NCBI GenBank assembly: GCA_950097015.1
Contig: CATNEN010000038.1
Span: 30,318,001-30,382,000 of the forward strand
From: Macrostomum hystrix
Taxonomy: Eukaryota; Animalia; Platyhelminthes
Length of the DNA stretch: 64,000 bases
Direction of reading: 5' to 3'
The position numbers and the translations under genes are program-made. Of the stretch, positions 50,337-63,820 are shown in pieces; position 1 is the stretch's first letter, and each line of letters opens with the position of its first letter. The notes under the pieces are model-generated. The model worked only from the letters and a program-made list of their open reading frames with translations, had not been told where the DNA came from and searched no databases.

Positions 50337-52424
50337 GATCGCCTCAGTGACTTTATATAACACCTGAACACATTAGAACTCTGCCTTCACAACATATTTT
50401 TATATGACCTTTCATGAACATTGATGCTCTTGTTCTTGAAACAGGAAGGCTATAGCTCATATATAATATTTTTTAAATTTACATGTACACTTTAAAAAAT
50501 CCAAAACCTCTGCATGTTTTACAACACAGACAGTGGATTTCGAGTTGATTCGAGTTTTTTGCAAGGTTCGAATTTATTTTGCCGCAAAAAATGTTTGGTT
50601 TCTTTTCTTATTTGCATATAATTACATTTTTCATAATAGTGTACTCAGTGTTGATTCGATTTTCGCCATCCCTTGCCCTGGGACATGAGATGCTGAAAAG
50701 AGGCGAACTACAGCCACATGCGGTAAACAGCAACTATGTTAAAACTGAGCCAAGACCCAAATAAAAAGGTTTAACTAAAGATTTAAAAAATTCTTCCGCG
50801 GAGATAATTATACTTTTAGATTATATCATATAATTATGATTATTATATTATATAAGATATATTATATTATTATATTCATTATAAAGATAATTATATTTTA
50901 GATTGAGCTCTTCCTGCAATCGCCACTCTTCTGAATTTCTTTCACTGTGTGGCCCATCATACCTAAATTATCCAAACCAACTAAAAGAAGAATAACGGAG
51001 CGTTACGTGTCTTGAAAATTTATTTAACAAAGGCAGATATTTACTGGAAAATGCACTACTAGCAAGATAGGAACTTTTTTACATGTTTCACTCTCAAATG
51101 TTAATAACTCTTTAACGTAAGCAGATCCAATTCTGTTCTTTTGGTATATCGTGCAAAACATCTTGCTTCAACAAGTTTTAGTAAGCTTTTTCATTCAAGA
51201 AAAGTTTATTTTCCTTTCTTGTTTATTTATTTATCATACAACGCAATAGCTAGTCAAAAGATATCTAGTGACTTACTCAATTTTAAAGTCACTCTCTAAT
51301 CAGGTATAAGTATATTGCGAGGATTACGCAAATTTTTTAAAATATCAGTAGGCCAAGCTATGGGTTAATTTTATGTCTAATTGGTTGCTCTTGTGCTATG
51401 GTCCTTGAAATTAACGTGATCGTCAAGGGCAAATTTGTGAAGGACAAATTTATTGTGCATTCCTTCATTCAGAGTTTTGAATCCACGCTTTTTTTATCGA
51501 GGTTTTACTTTTTATAAATTGCTCAAAAAGTTATGACTTTATTTACGAACAGTGGCTTGTTTCCTCAGATAATTATGAGTTCTACTAACACAAGATTAAA
51601 ACACTGGATATTAATTAGCTTTTTGTTATATTCTATAAACAAAAATATTTTAACTCGAGGAATCTTAAAATATTTTTTAGAATGGCGGTGACGTGAAGAC
51701 GGAGAACTTCAGTCTAAAATAAGTCAATTAGACGTGTGTCTAATGTTGCAGATGCGTTTCGTCTGCCCTAGTTCTATTTTTTTGTTATTTTTATATTATC
51801 AATTGTTGAAACATACATTTTATTTTAACTTTTTTTAAAGCAAGTTGAATTTCAGCTTTATCAATTTGAGTAGATTTAGCTCCCTATTTCACGCTGACTA
51901 AGTACAAAAATCTAAAATAAAATATAAAATATATAAGTATGCTGCTGCCTAGGTGATTATATTTAGCTTTCCTATGCCGTTCAAGCAACTCACGACCTAA
52001 CACGCAAGCACAAATAAGGCTAAATCAAAATTTTAATGGAATCGTGTTTACCTGCATCGTTACATCTTTAATGAAATTATATTGTTTACATGGCATTTTC
52101 CTGCCTAAATGTTTTTTCGGCTTCTTAAATGTGCAATTTTTCCACCCTTAATTTACAATGTCCTTCTTATAGAAAACAGAATGTCACAATATAAGTTGAA
52201 TTGCAAATGTAAATTGTAAATTCATTTGGCTAATACTTACTAGGAAAAAAGCTTTCTTCACTGTGCAATTAAGTCAAGCATAAATAGTCGCTTGTTAATT
52301 AAGCTATATTTCGTTTTAAGTATTTTGGAGTAAGAATTCTGTTACAATAGGTAATTCAAGTGTGACCCATTAGCCTGTGTCATATGGAAATGTATAGTTT
52401 TTTTCTATTTTTTTCTATTAGGTT

Positions 52425-52686
52425 CATAGGCGTAGGAATGGGGGGGACAGTGGGGCCATGGCCCCCCCACTTTTTAAGTTGGGGGGCCAGTAATGAGATC
52501 TGGCCCCCCACATTTTAAATGCAAAATGTTGACTTTTTGCTTATTTTTTACTCTTATTTTTGGATTTTGCTGCTTTGTTGCAATATTGAAATAATAAAAA
52601 TTGTCATTTTTGGGATTTTTTTCGGGGAAATGGATCCTCCCCTTGGCCTTGCCCCCCCCACTTTTTTAATCATTCCTATGCCTATG
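52425..52686. mobile_element. hAT-like MITE
   Basis: TIRs CATAGGCGTAGGAATG / CATTCCTATGCCTATG, perfect 8-bp TSD ATTAGGTT, GCCCCCCCAC subterminal motifs. Confidence 0.92.
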
Positions 52687-53174
52687 ATTAGGTTTATTTC
52701 TTACCTTTGCAAAGAAAATATTAGATTTTATAAGGCCTTCAAAATTTAAGGCATGTAATTTTTTAGCTTAATTTAGTTTAGAACAAATAAAATGTGCATT
52801 TTATGAGCAGAAAGTTTCATGAAAAGTATAGTTTATTTGTTTTTGGATTATCAAATTTCCACATTTTACCTTTTGTTTTTCAGATATGAATTCTAAAAAC
52901 TATCAGTATTTTTTTCATACTTTAAAACTAAAAAACTTCCTCATTTTCTCGAAAATATTATGCTACTTTAAGTAGTTGCTGGACACAATATTTCGAAAGC
53001 TAAATGACTTGGCTTGCTGGTACTTTTATTCGTTCGTTCTATGTGCTGTATAAACATAAACTTATAAACAGACAGAGTCACTTTGACAGCACTAGGAACA
53101 GAAAGTCTGCCCACATTTTTTAAAGCACTGAAAAGTCCACAGACTGAAATTTCGACACAATCTTGCTACTGATT

Positions 53175-53347
53175 GTTCTTCAATGTCCTGAGATAGGTCT
53201 CCAATATACAGAGACTTGTCTTCAATGTCCAGAGACAGGTTTTTAATGTCCAGAGACAGGTCTTCAATGTCCAGAGACAGGTCTTCAATGTCCAGAGACA
53301 GGTCTTCAATGTCCAGAGACACGTCTTCAATGTCCAGAGACAGGTCT
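53175..53347. repeat. 21-bp minisatellite (TCTTCAATGTCCAGAGACAGG)n, left half; resumes at 56474-56545
   Basis: The same unit occurs on both sides of the gypsy element. Confidence 0.92.
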
Positions 53348-56300
53348 TGTTGTGACTTGAATATTCAACCGGACTTGAATGAACTCTATTAACTTATCGT
53401 TGCGCAATGCAACGTCCATTTTTCCTATGCGTGCGTGGGCCCGGTGGGTGTCACCTGCGCGTGCGACACAACGTGCTCTGTTCTTACTCCTTGCTCTCCA
53501 CGTGCCATTGTCACCCCCAGCCATATTTTGTTAGTATAAATATATCGAATTTCCTTTGTTCGTAGTTCGTGGCCTTTGCGCTATCTAAAGAATTCCTGGT
53601 CTACAAAAGTGGCGACGAGGAATGAGCATTCTGGGCTCAATCGGACCCTTTGAGGAGGGCACTTAGAGTTGGCTGCAATACCAGGAGAGACTGGAACAGT
53701 TCCTGATCGCAAATGACATCGAGTCAGGGAACAAGAAGCGAGCCGTGCTGCTCAGCACATGCGGCAAGAACACTTACCAACTGGTATCCAGCCTACTGGC
53801 ACCTGCGAAGCCCTCTGAGACTGACTATGTGGTAATCTGTGACAAGCTGAAAGAACACTTTGACCCAACCCCGCCAGAGATCGTTCGACGATACCGGTTT
53901 TACAGCAGAAGCCGTCAGGCGGGCGAGTCCATTGCCGAATTTCTCGCCGAGCTACGAAATTTAGCACGTCATTGCAACTTCGGCGCCAGTTTGAACAGCA
54001 TGCTCAGAGACAGACTGGTCCTGGGCATTGAGAACGACAACATCCAGCGGAGGCTCTTCGCTGAGAAAGAATTGACCCTGGAGTCTGCACTCTCGATGGC
54101 ACAAGCGCACGAGTCGGCCGCGAAGGGAAACTTGCTGGTGACCAAAGGCTCAGACACCGTGCACGCAGTTCGCCGATGGACACCAGAAGAGCGACGGGAC
54201 AGCCCTGGATCAACCGGAGAGGCAACGTCGACTAAGCGGTGCCACCGGTGTCTGTCGCAGCGTCATCCAGCGGCGAAGTGCCCGTTCGCAGACAAGAAGT
54301 GCTTCGCCTGCTCAAAGATCGGGCATGTCGCGGCCGCGTGCAGGTCAGCAGCCGCAGCCAGCCGTGAAAACCACGCGACGTCACGACGAGAGACCCAGCA
54401 CGCCTCCGGCCATCGCGACGGACAGAAGATACACGAGCTCGAGGCGGAGGAGACCTTCTCGCTGCACGTCATGGCCGAGAGAAACGGCAAGGTGCCCCCA
54501 ATTGAGACTGTGGTGATCATCGACGGCACCCCAGTACGAATGGGGGCGGACACGGGAGCATCGGTTTCCCTCATATCGTCGGAGACCTACAAATCTGAGC
54601 TGTGTGGCCAGCCTCTGCTCGAGTCCGTCGACACGCTGCTGCGCACCTACTCTGGAGAGTCCGTGCCAGTGCTCGGAAGAATTCGAGTTCGTGTCGAGAC
54701 CGAGTCGGCCTGCCTGCAAGGTGCTGCCGTTACTCGTGGTGGAGGGCACAGACTCCAGCCTGATTGGTCGTGACTGGCTGGTTGATCTGCCCTTAGACTG
54801 GCGAACAATCAAGCAGGTGCGGCATGCAGCTGACAACCCAAAGCTACGCAGTCTGCTCGATCGCTACGCCGTTGTTTTCAAGCCGGAGCTCGGTCGGTAC
54901 ACGGGACCAGCCGTGCAGCTTCGTCTCAAACCTGGCGCCCGCCCTCGGTTCTACAAGGCTCGGAATGTTCCGCTCGCACTGAAGGAAAAAGTTGAAGCGC
55001 AGCTCGACAAGGAAATCGAACAGGGTGTGCTGAAACCTGTCGGTAGTTCAGAATATGCATCCCCGATCGTCCCAGTGCTAAAGACGGATGGCTCCGTTCG
55101 CATATGTGCCGACTTTAAACAGACGGTTAATCTCGACGTGGAGCCGGACACATACCCAGTGCCGAGGATTGACGAGCTTTTCACCAAGCTGGCTGGCGGG
55201 AAACGATTCACAAAGCTCGACCTATGCCAGGCATACCTACAGCTGCCGCTTGACGAAGCATCGCAAGAACTCTGCACCGTTAACACCTCCAAAGGTCTGC
55301 TGCGGTACACTAGACTTCCTTTCGGAGTTGCTCCTGCCGTGGGCATCTTCCAGAGACAGATGGACTGTCTGCTGCAAGGAGTTCCGCACGTAGCGTGCTT
55401 CATCGACGACTTGCTCGTAACCGGAACAGATGATGGTGACCACCTGCGGAACCTCGAGCAGGTGCTCCAACGGCTACAGCAGAGCGGCCTACGGTGCGGC
55501 CTGAGCAAATGCGATTTCCTGCAGGAGAGTGTCAGCTACCTCGGTCACAAGATCGACGCCACGGGACTGCATCCAATGCAGGACAAAGTGCGGGCTGTCC
55601 AGGAGGCACCAGCCCCCCGAGACCCGACCCAGCTGCGCAGCTTCCTGGGCCTGGTAAACTATTACGGCAAATTCCTGCCCAACCTGTCGACCGAGCTGGC
55701 ACCTCTGCACCGCTTGCTGAACCGCGATAGCCCGTGGCACTGGGGCGCATCCCAGGACGCAGCATTCCACAAGTGCAAGGAGCTGATCAGCAGAGCGCCG
55801 GTGCTGGTTCACTTCGACGACAAGCTGCCTGTGGTGTTGGAATGCGATGCTTCACCGTACGGCATCGGCGCAGTCATTTGCCACCGGGCCGGAGTCGACA
55901 AGCCGATTGCGTTCGCCTCGCGTACTCTGCACGATGCTGAGGCCAACTATTCGCAGCTGGAAAAGGAGGCTCTCGCGGTTGTCTACGGAGTGAAGAAGTT
56001 TCACACGTATCTGTGCGGCCGGGAATTCATGCTGGTGAGCGACCACAAGCCGCTGCTGGGACTCCTGCACGAGTCCAAGCCGATCCCTGCGATGGCTTCA
56101 GGCAGGATCCAGCGGTGGGCTCTGCTCCTGGCCGGCTATCGGTACAACATGGTCCACCGAGCCGGCAAGTCCCTGCTCCGAGCCGATGCACTGAGCCGCC
56201 TGCCCCTGCCTGAGAGACCACGGGATGCACCTATACCGGCCGAGATTGTGCTCACGATGGACATGTTGGATGAGGGGCCGGTGACAGCGGGCCACATTCG

Positions 56301-56473
56301 GGCATGGACTCGGACCGACCCGGACCTGTCCAGAATTCTGCGCTACACGGAGTCCGGCTGCTGGCCAGCGCAGACGCCCCCGGAGCTGCAGCCGTACCAC
56401 TCACGTGCCGACGATCTTAGCATCCAGGATGGCTGCCTGTTGTGGTGCTGCCGAGTGCTGGTGCCAGAAGTGG
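53348..56473 (+). mobile_element. Ty3/gypsy (Mag-like) LTR retrotransposon, 3'-truncated and pseudogenised: 5' LTR 53348-53605, PBS 53610-53621, gag-PR-RT-RNaseH from 53622
   Basis: TG..CA LTR with TATAAATA. PBS TGGCGACGAGGA is complementary to the tRNA-Ser(GCU) 3' end. Two CCHC knuckles, protease DTGAS, RT ICADFK and FIDDLL, RNase H CDASPYG..YSQLEKEAL..SDHKPL. TAG at 53664 and a frameshift near 54715. No integrase core and no 3' LTR. Confidence 0.95.
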
Positions 56474-56559
56474 GGTCTTGATTGTCCAGAGACTGGTCTT
56501 CATTGGCCAGAGACAGGTCTTCAATGTCCAGAGACAATGTCCAGTGCCCTCGAGGTTAA

Positions 56560-56675
56560 CCCGACAACCCACAAGCCTTCTCGCCCCAAATGAATGCGGC
56601 CTCGCCGCGGAATCGAGCTCAGGGACCAATTGGTGCGAGAGGCAGACTCGTTGACGGCTCCTCCTCTGCCCCCCG
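56560..56675 (-). mobile_element. SINE family A head fragment
   Basis: The reverse complement GCCTCTCGCACCA..TCGATTCCGCGGCGAGGCC..ATTTGGGGCG..AGAAGGCTTG matches the head of the copy at 63821. Confidence 0.8.
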
Positions 56676-57419
56676 TACATTCTGTACCCACAAGTAACAT
56701 CATAATTCATAAATGTCCAAAGACGTTCTTTAATTGTCCACGGACACGTTCTAGAAGTCCAGCACGTATTGCGTATTTCGACTGCTAATCGAATAATGTC
56801 CAGAGATGCATGCTAAATGTCGCATTAGATTAAACTGAAAATTTAAATTAATTAATTATCTTAAAAACAAAGTTTTTTGTTATAAAGCATATCAGTTAGG
56901 TAAACAATGTATAACTCATAGTCAAAGTAATCAATAATTAGTCATAAGCTCTAGAACACACCAGAGCCTCGACAGTGTTTAGCCGCTCATTTCCACAATA
57001 ATAAGATGTCAGTTAGCTAGAGCAGAGCTAGGAGATGAATTTGATGTTCTATTTTTAGCACGCAAGGTAATCGCATTGTAGTTTGGTAAACGGAATGCAT
57101 CAATTCGGCTTAGCTATAAAAAGGCAGTGCTTCCTCATGTAGGCAGAAATTAGGAAACTAAGCTCTGTTGATCTTTCTCTAAACGGCTAATTTTTAACTT
57201 ACACAAAATCAGATCAACCATGATGGATATTCTGGCATTTGAGTGAGTCAGTATTCTTGTTTCTACTCTATTTAATTGCTTCTTCAACACGCCGGTAAAA
57301 CATTAGGATTGTACTAGAAAATAAAATGTATCTAGTTATTGTTATACATTTCAGCCGTTATGTCATAACGTTTTTAGTACTCAAATAAAATTCACGAATG
57401 CCTTCATTATTAGAAAAAC

Positions 57420-59332
57420 TGTGTAAAGTGACTAGCTGTTCACCAATAGAACAGGTGTATAAAGTGACTAGCTGTTCATCAATAGAACATGTGTATAAAG
57501 TGACTAGCTGTTCACCAATAGAACAGGTGTATAAAGTGACTAGCTGTTCATCAATAGAACAGGTGTATAAAATGACTAGCTGTTCATCAATAGAACAGGT
57601 GTATAAAGTGACTAGCTGTTCATCAATAGAACAGGTGTATAAAGGGACTAGCTGTTCATCAATAGAACAGGTGTATAAAGTGACTAGCTGTTCATCAATA
57701 GAACAGGTGTATAAAGTGACTAGCTGTTCATGAATAGAACATGTGTATAAAGTGACTAGCTGTTCACCAATAGAACAGGTGTATAAAGTGACTAGCTGTT
57801 CATCAATAGAACATGTGTATAAAGTGACTAGCTGTTCATAAATAGAACATGTGTATAAAGTGACTAGCTGTTCATCAATAGAACAGGTGTATAAAGTGAC
57901 TAGCTGTTCATGAATAGAACAGGTGTATAAAGTGACTAGCTGTTCACCAATAGAACAGGTGTATAAAGTGACTAGCTGTTCACCAATAGAACAGGTGTAT
58001 AAAGTGACTAGCTGTTCATAAATAGAACAGGTGTATAAAGTGACTAGCTGTTCATCAATAGAACAGGTGTATAAAGTGACTAGCTGTTCATCAATAGAAC
58101 AGGTGTATAAAGTGACTAGCTGTTCACCAATAGAACAGGTGTATAAAGTGACTAGCTGTTCACCAATAGAACAGGTGTATAAAGTGACTAGCTGTTCATC
58201 AATAGAACAGGTGTATAAAGTGACTAGCTGTTCATCAATAGAACAGGTGTTTAAAGTGACTAGCTGTTCATCAATAGAACAGGTGTATAAAGTGACTAGC
58301 TGTTCACCAATAGAACAGGTGTATAAAGTGACTAGCTGTTCATGAATAGAACAGGTGTATAAAGTGACTAGCTGTTCATAAATAGAACAGGTGTATAAAG
58401 TGACTAGCTGTTCACCAATAGAAAATGTGTATAAAGTGACTAGCTGTTCACCAATAGAACAGGTGTATAAAGTGACTAGCTGTTCATCAATAGAGCAGGT
58501 GTATAAAGTGACTAGCTGTTCACCAATAGAACATGTGTATAAAGTGACTAGCTGTTCACCAATAGAACATGTGTATAAAGTGACTAGCTGTTCATCAATA
58601 GAACAGGTGTATAATGTGACTAGCTGTTCATGAATAGAACAGGTGTATAAAGTGACTAGCTGTTCATGAATAGAACAGGTGTATAAAGTGACTAGCTGTT
58701 CATCAATAGAACAGGTGTATAAAGTGACTAGCTGTTCATGAATAGAACAGGTGTATAAAGTGACTAGCTGTTCATCAATAGAACAGGTGTATAAAGGGAC
58801 TAGCTGTTCATCAATAGAACAGGTGTATAAAGTGATTAGCTGTTCATAAATAGAACATGTGTATAAAGTGACTAGCTGTTCATCAATAGAACAGGTGTAT
58901 AAAGTGACTAGCTGTTCATCAATAGAACAGGTGTATAAAGTGACTAGCTGTTCATCAATAGAACAGGTGTATAAAGGGACTAGCTGTTCATCAATAGAAC
59001 AGGTGTATAAAGTGACTAGCTGTTCATCAATAGAACAGGTGTATAAAGTGACTAGCTGTTCATGAATAGAACAGGTGTATAAAGTGACTAGCTGTTCACC
59101 AATAGAACAGGTGTATAAAGTGACTAGCTGTTCACCAATAGAACAGGTGTATAAAGTGACTAGCTGTTCATAAATAGAACAGGTGTATAAAGTGACTAGC
59201 TGTTCATCAATAGAACAGGTGTATAAAGTGACTAGCTGTTCACCAATAGAACAGGTGTATAAAGTGACTAGCTGTTCACCAATAGAACAGGTGTATAAAG
59301 TGACTAGCCGTTCATCAATAGAACACATGTGT
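57420..59332. repeat. 36-bp minisatellite (AATAGAACAGGTGTATAAAGTGACTAGCTGTTCAYC)n, about 53 units
   Basis: Tandem periodicity; GAACAG/CTGTTC inverted repeat in each unit. Confidence 0.98.
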
Positions 59333-60114
59333 AAAGATTATTCACCGCTGCAATTTTTTTCCAACATTTGGTTTATATGTAAAGTACTTTAAATGTATCA
59401 AATACATTAATTAAACCCTATTTAATTTCGTTTCTCGTACAGAAGTTGCCTGTTTCAGTTAGAAACAGTGAAAAGTACTTTAAATAATTAGTTAGAACTT
59501 TGCATTACGCATTCCTGAACTTAAGCTTGCAATTGTTTGAGTAAGTTGTTCTCTCATCGGCTTTAGAGCACAATAGGGACTTGGCAGTGTGTGCTCAGCT
59601 GCTCTCAATGCAAGCATATGAACAATGTCGCTTTATACTCGGTACTTTATACTCAGAAAGGCATTATACCCATAGAATTTTGCACCTGTATAGTTTTACA
59701 CGCGCAGAAATCTAGTTGGGTCAGGTTTAAGTTAATCAGAAATCCAAGTGAAGTGGAGTGCCTATTTTTAGTAATCAGAAATGCATACGTACGTCTCTAT
59801 GCGATGCTACACTGTAGGATTATTTACCTGGATAAAAATCCCTTATCTGACTCTCTTCCCTTCTCTCTCTCTACCCCTCCCTCTCAGTGTCTGCCTAACT
59901 GTGCCCAACCATTAGTCGCCGCATTCACTGCCTCCTTGGGGCTCATTGGGAATGAGTAAATCCTGGTAAATCCCTTATATTTCAGCACAGCTCTACAATT
60001 CTCTCATTTCTTTATTCCACTGCCCTGCCTTAACCATTCTTTTTGCTACAACAAATCTCTTTGAAATTCTGTATCGATAAATAAGAATTTGAAAGGTCCC
60101 CCAGAGATAGTCGC

Positions 60115-61955
60115 ATGGATCGACCAGTCAGTAGAGGCAATTATGCCAATCATCTAGATGTCAAGTGAGAAATAAGTGTCATAAGTATTTTTTTATTTCA
60201 TTCCATATCTATTTATTTTAAACAGTTCCTTAATAAACTACATTTTACTAGTAATCTATAAATAAACAATGCTTCGCTTGTTTTCAGACAAATTCCAAAA
60301 GCAACCAGCTTTGAAAGTCTCTACAGTAACGAAAGATCATTCGCCCCACCTGGAAGGTAAGACTTGAGTCATAATTTGTCATAATTTCAGATTTGAATAA
60401 TTTGATATGTGGAAAAACTTTCGGTTCGGGATAAGTTGAGAGTTAGGATAAATAGATTTGGGCTAAATAGATTTGGGATAAGTTAAGATTTAGGATAACT
60501 TTAGATTTGGGATAACTTTAGATTTAGGATAACTTTAGATTTGGGATAACTTTAGATTTAGGATAACTTTCGATTTGGGATAAATCGATTTGGAATAACT
60601 TTAGATTTGGGAAAAGGTGAGATTTGAGTTGAGATTTAGTTGAGATTTAAGGATTAACATGCTACGCCATACACTGAGATCAGGGATATCCTAAAAATTG
60701 TTAAAACTCACGAGCTATAGATTACAGAAAAAAAAATTTTAATCTTAACTTTCCTAGCGTCATGGACGACGAAGCCAACGATCTTCGCGACCAGAAGAAT
60801 CGCAAGCAGATGGAGATTGCTCAGCGCAAAACCCAGAAGCGCATAGCCACCTCAACAGGCATTGTGCAAAGAAACGATCTTCGACCAAATAGTGGGAGGC
60901 GCAGTGCTGGCAAAGAGAACGAGCGGTCGCCCTTGGTCGGCGGAGGAGCAGCCCCCATTGGCAGGGAACGCAGTCGAGACCGCTCCGATTTTGGTAGGCA
61001 AACTAAAGCAATGATAATTAAGTAGCATTCTCAAACACAGAGATAGTTTTAAATGGGATCAAGAACCCGCTGATGTAGCCACCGACCTAGAACTGGGCTA
61101 AAAAAGTTATTCAACTAAGAATTAAAAAGTTTTTGAAACTGAAAAACAGTGAATCATTTTTCGTTTAGCATACGACGGGCCGCAGTCCTACCAGATGGCT
61201 AATCCCGACGGTGTCACAACGCGCGTCCACGTGCTGAAAATCGATGCGTCACCGCAGGGCGAGTCCAAGGACTACGACTCGACCGACAGTGAGACTGACA
61301 GTCGCGATCGAGGAACTCGCAGCGGCAATCGAGCGGCGTCGAACGATAGGCGAGAAAAAAAGCGTCCGGAGGAGACCCGGGTTTCGTCCGCCTCGCCAAG
61401 GCCTCCCAAACGCGGTGGCGGAGCCAGTGGAGGATACGACGATGATAATGATGACGATCGGAATCGCGACGAAGTCGACGGGGGCAAGGGTCGGAATCGA
61501 CGCACAGCTGATCGGCTCACTGTCGGTGGTGGCGGTCGAAGTCGACGAAACCGCGATGCCGACGATGACGACGATACCGAGAATGACGACAAGGACCGTC
61601 GGAAGACATCGGCCACAAGTTCTCGTTCGGGACGCTCTCCGGCTCGCAGCGGAGACAGGCGGGACGGTGACAAGGTAGCTTCCCTATTGTTAAGTGGATA
61701 TTTTAAATATTTTAATAAAACTGATCAACCTCGCACTTCCAGCAACGCCAGGGCCGCAATCGTCGCGATGACGACGACGACGATGATGAAGAAGGCGCCG
61801 CAGCAGCCGCGACCGGACGGCAGCGTCGGCAGGGCAATCTGGACGACGATGTCAGCGATGTAAGCGACGAGGGCGAGACTCAGGTTGGCCCGATACCGCG
61901 GAACAAGTCCATGGACAGCATCAGGAACCATGGCGTGCGCCTTGACTCCTCTGAT
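60115..61955 (+). CDS. TUB: Tubby/TULP family protein, N-terminal five exons (continues beyond the last exon found, probably outside the window)
   Basis: Exons 60115-60164, 60288-60356, 60758-60993, 61169-61674 and 61743-61955 are phase-consistent. SVMDDEANDLRDQKNRKQMEIAQRKTQKR..GIVQRNDLRPNSGRR resembles the Tubby N-terminal helix ([39 protein letters not shown]). AYDGP motif and an acidic/basic disordered linker follow. The tubby domain itself is not visible. Confidence 0.72.
60425..60650. repeat. 17-bp minisatellite (GATAACTTTAGATTTRG)n in a Tubby intron
   Basis: Tandem periodicity with degenerate ends. Confidence 0.88.
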
Positions 61956-61982
61956 GTGAGTGAACTGAGCTCGATGAGCTTA

Positions 61983-62152
61983 GCGTGCAATATACGCCCT
62001 TGAGGGGCCAACCCCAAAGGCACAGTGAGAGTGTACACTGCCTGATGATGAGAAGGTCAGGGTAGATGTACACACCTATGTGAGTGTGTGCTCAGGAGTC
62101 AGCGAAATGGGCAGAACTGCTTCTCTCTTGCTGCGGGTCCACTGTCAACATA
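61983..62152 (+). mobile_element. SINE family A body fragment
   Basis: Colinear with 28217-28412. Confidence 0.85.
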
Positions 62153-63820
62153 TTTTATGTCAAATAATTTTGAGATCAGCATGATGATGCGATGCTAAAT
62201 TTACTTTTGTGCTTGCGTACAAGTAGGTGTTCTATATTAGAGTTCTCTAGCCGAGTTACTTCAAGTTTTATTTTACAAGTAAAAGTACAATTGCAAGAGT
62301 ATTTGGAATCGCTAGTCTGTCAGACGCTGGAACTGAATTGGCTCAGGAGTGAATTTACCTGCATTATCTGGTCAATGCAGCAAGCACGCATGGAACATGT
62401 GTAGCTGAGAATCTGTACAGAGGTAAAGGAAACCGTACAGTGGGATTCTGAAGTGAACGAGAAAGGACAGACAGGTATTTGGCAAACCAGACTGGGTAGT
62501 TTTTTATGATGCTGAACAGCTCTAGCTGCTAGCTAGTTATATTGTTTTATTTGCTGCACTTTTAGATTGCCAGTTGAGCAGATCCCAACGATTGCCCTGC
62601 TACTTCTTAATTACAGAACCTCTCGTTTAGCGAGACTACGTGATGTTGGTGGATTTACTTATTCATTCGTTAATCTAATCTACTCAAGTTGTAGTTGCCC
62701 TACTATGCCAAATTCAATCGGTATTTTCCTTGTTTGGGTTTCGTGAGCCCATGGAGTGATTTAAGTTTTAAGGATTTTGAACAAATTTTTCTCTCCCTAA
62801 ATTAGAAAGAGTTGATTGAAGAAATCAATGTACATTGTCTCCTTCCATCCCTCCATTAGACATACTCCACCTTTCTCTTGATTCATCTTCATGAATCTTC
62901 TTTATCTGCTCAATATTTTAATCCACCTTTAATCCAAACTGCATCTAAGCTAGGCCTAGTCAGTTTTCAAAGGCTGTTAGCGTGATGTGAGTCTCTTAAT
63001 GCCCCTGAATTAGTAAAATAACACTTTAATATTAGGACAAACGTTCGTCTTACGGAAGGGTGTTAAAGGGGCAGACAAGCAAAGGAAAGGAAGTCAAATA
63101 GTATAGTATATAATTCAGCCTGTTTTGATCGCATATATTGGAATAACAGTTATTCTAATATCTGTGGTTTTAATGGATTGTAAAACGGCCCTATTAAGGA
63201 GCAGCGTGTTAATGAGGTCGTACGAAAAGGCTTTCGGATGACAAGCTCTATGTCCACAGTGTAATTTTTAGCCTTTAAATTTAATGCTAACGAAAAGCTA
63301 GTTTTATACAATGGGCCTAATGGCAGCATGCCAAAACGGCCCTAATTAGGGTCACACGAAATAAGAGATAGGCCAAACAAATATGACTTGAATGCTTGAC
63401 GGCTTTGAAAACCAATTGTAGGACAAAATTGCCGTTTTTCGCACATAATAAATATTATGTTTTAATTTGTTTGTTTTTTCTTTCTCTTTTTTTTCCAAAA
63501 AACTACTTTCTAGAGAATGTGTAAGACGCCTCAGTCGAACAGCAGAAAGCGTCAAGGCCAGATAAGATTGCTCTCCCGTCAGCAATCCAAGCTGACACAA
63601 ACTGCAGATGGCCTCGGGTTTCACCTGACACATTCGTCTGGCACTATTATTAAACGTTGCGGCTCAGCGGCTAGTGGCAGTGTAGTTTTCTACTCAAAAC
63701 CGAATCTTTAATCTTACATATTTCATATTATTTCCTTGATCGACCCACTTACTAATTACTAGATTGATAGTTATTTTCGACAACGTTTCGATTGAGTAGA
63801 AATCAAACTTCAATATGTGA

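Noticed and set aside
53664-53666. Stop-codon readthrough or alternative genetic code
   Set aside because: This is a single TAG in a decayed element. Host genes end in standard TAA/TAG/TGA and translate cleanly.
54604-54773. Programmed gag-pol frameshift
   Set aside because: The shift falls within the protease region, no slippery site is evident, and the copy has other lesions. A mutation or sequencing error is more likely.
57358-59328. 656-aa repetitive ORF
   Set aside because: It is the translation of a 36-bp (3n) minisatellite with no unique domain.
40580-61931. Antisense or overlapping short ORFs on tropomyosin, gypsy pol and Tubby exons
   Set aside because: Shadow ORFs of GC-rich coding sequence.
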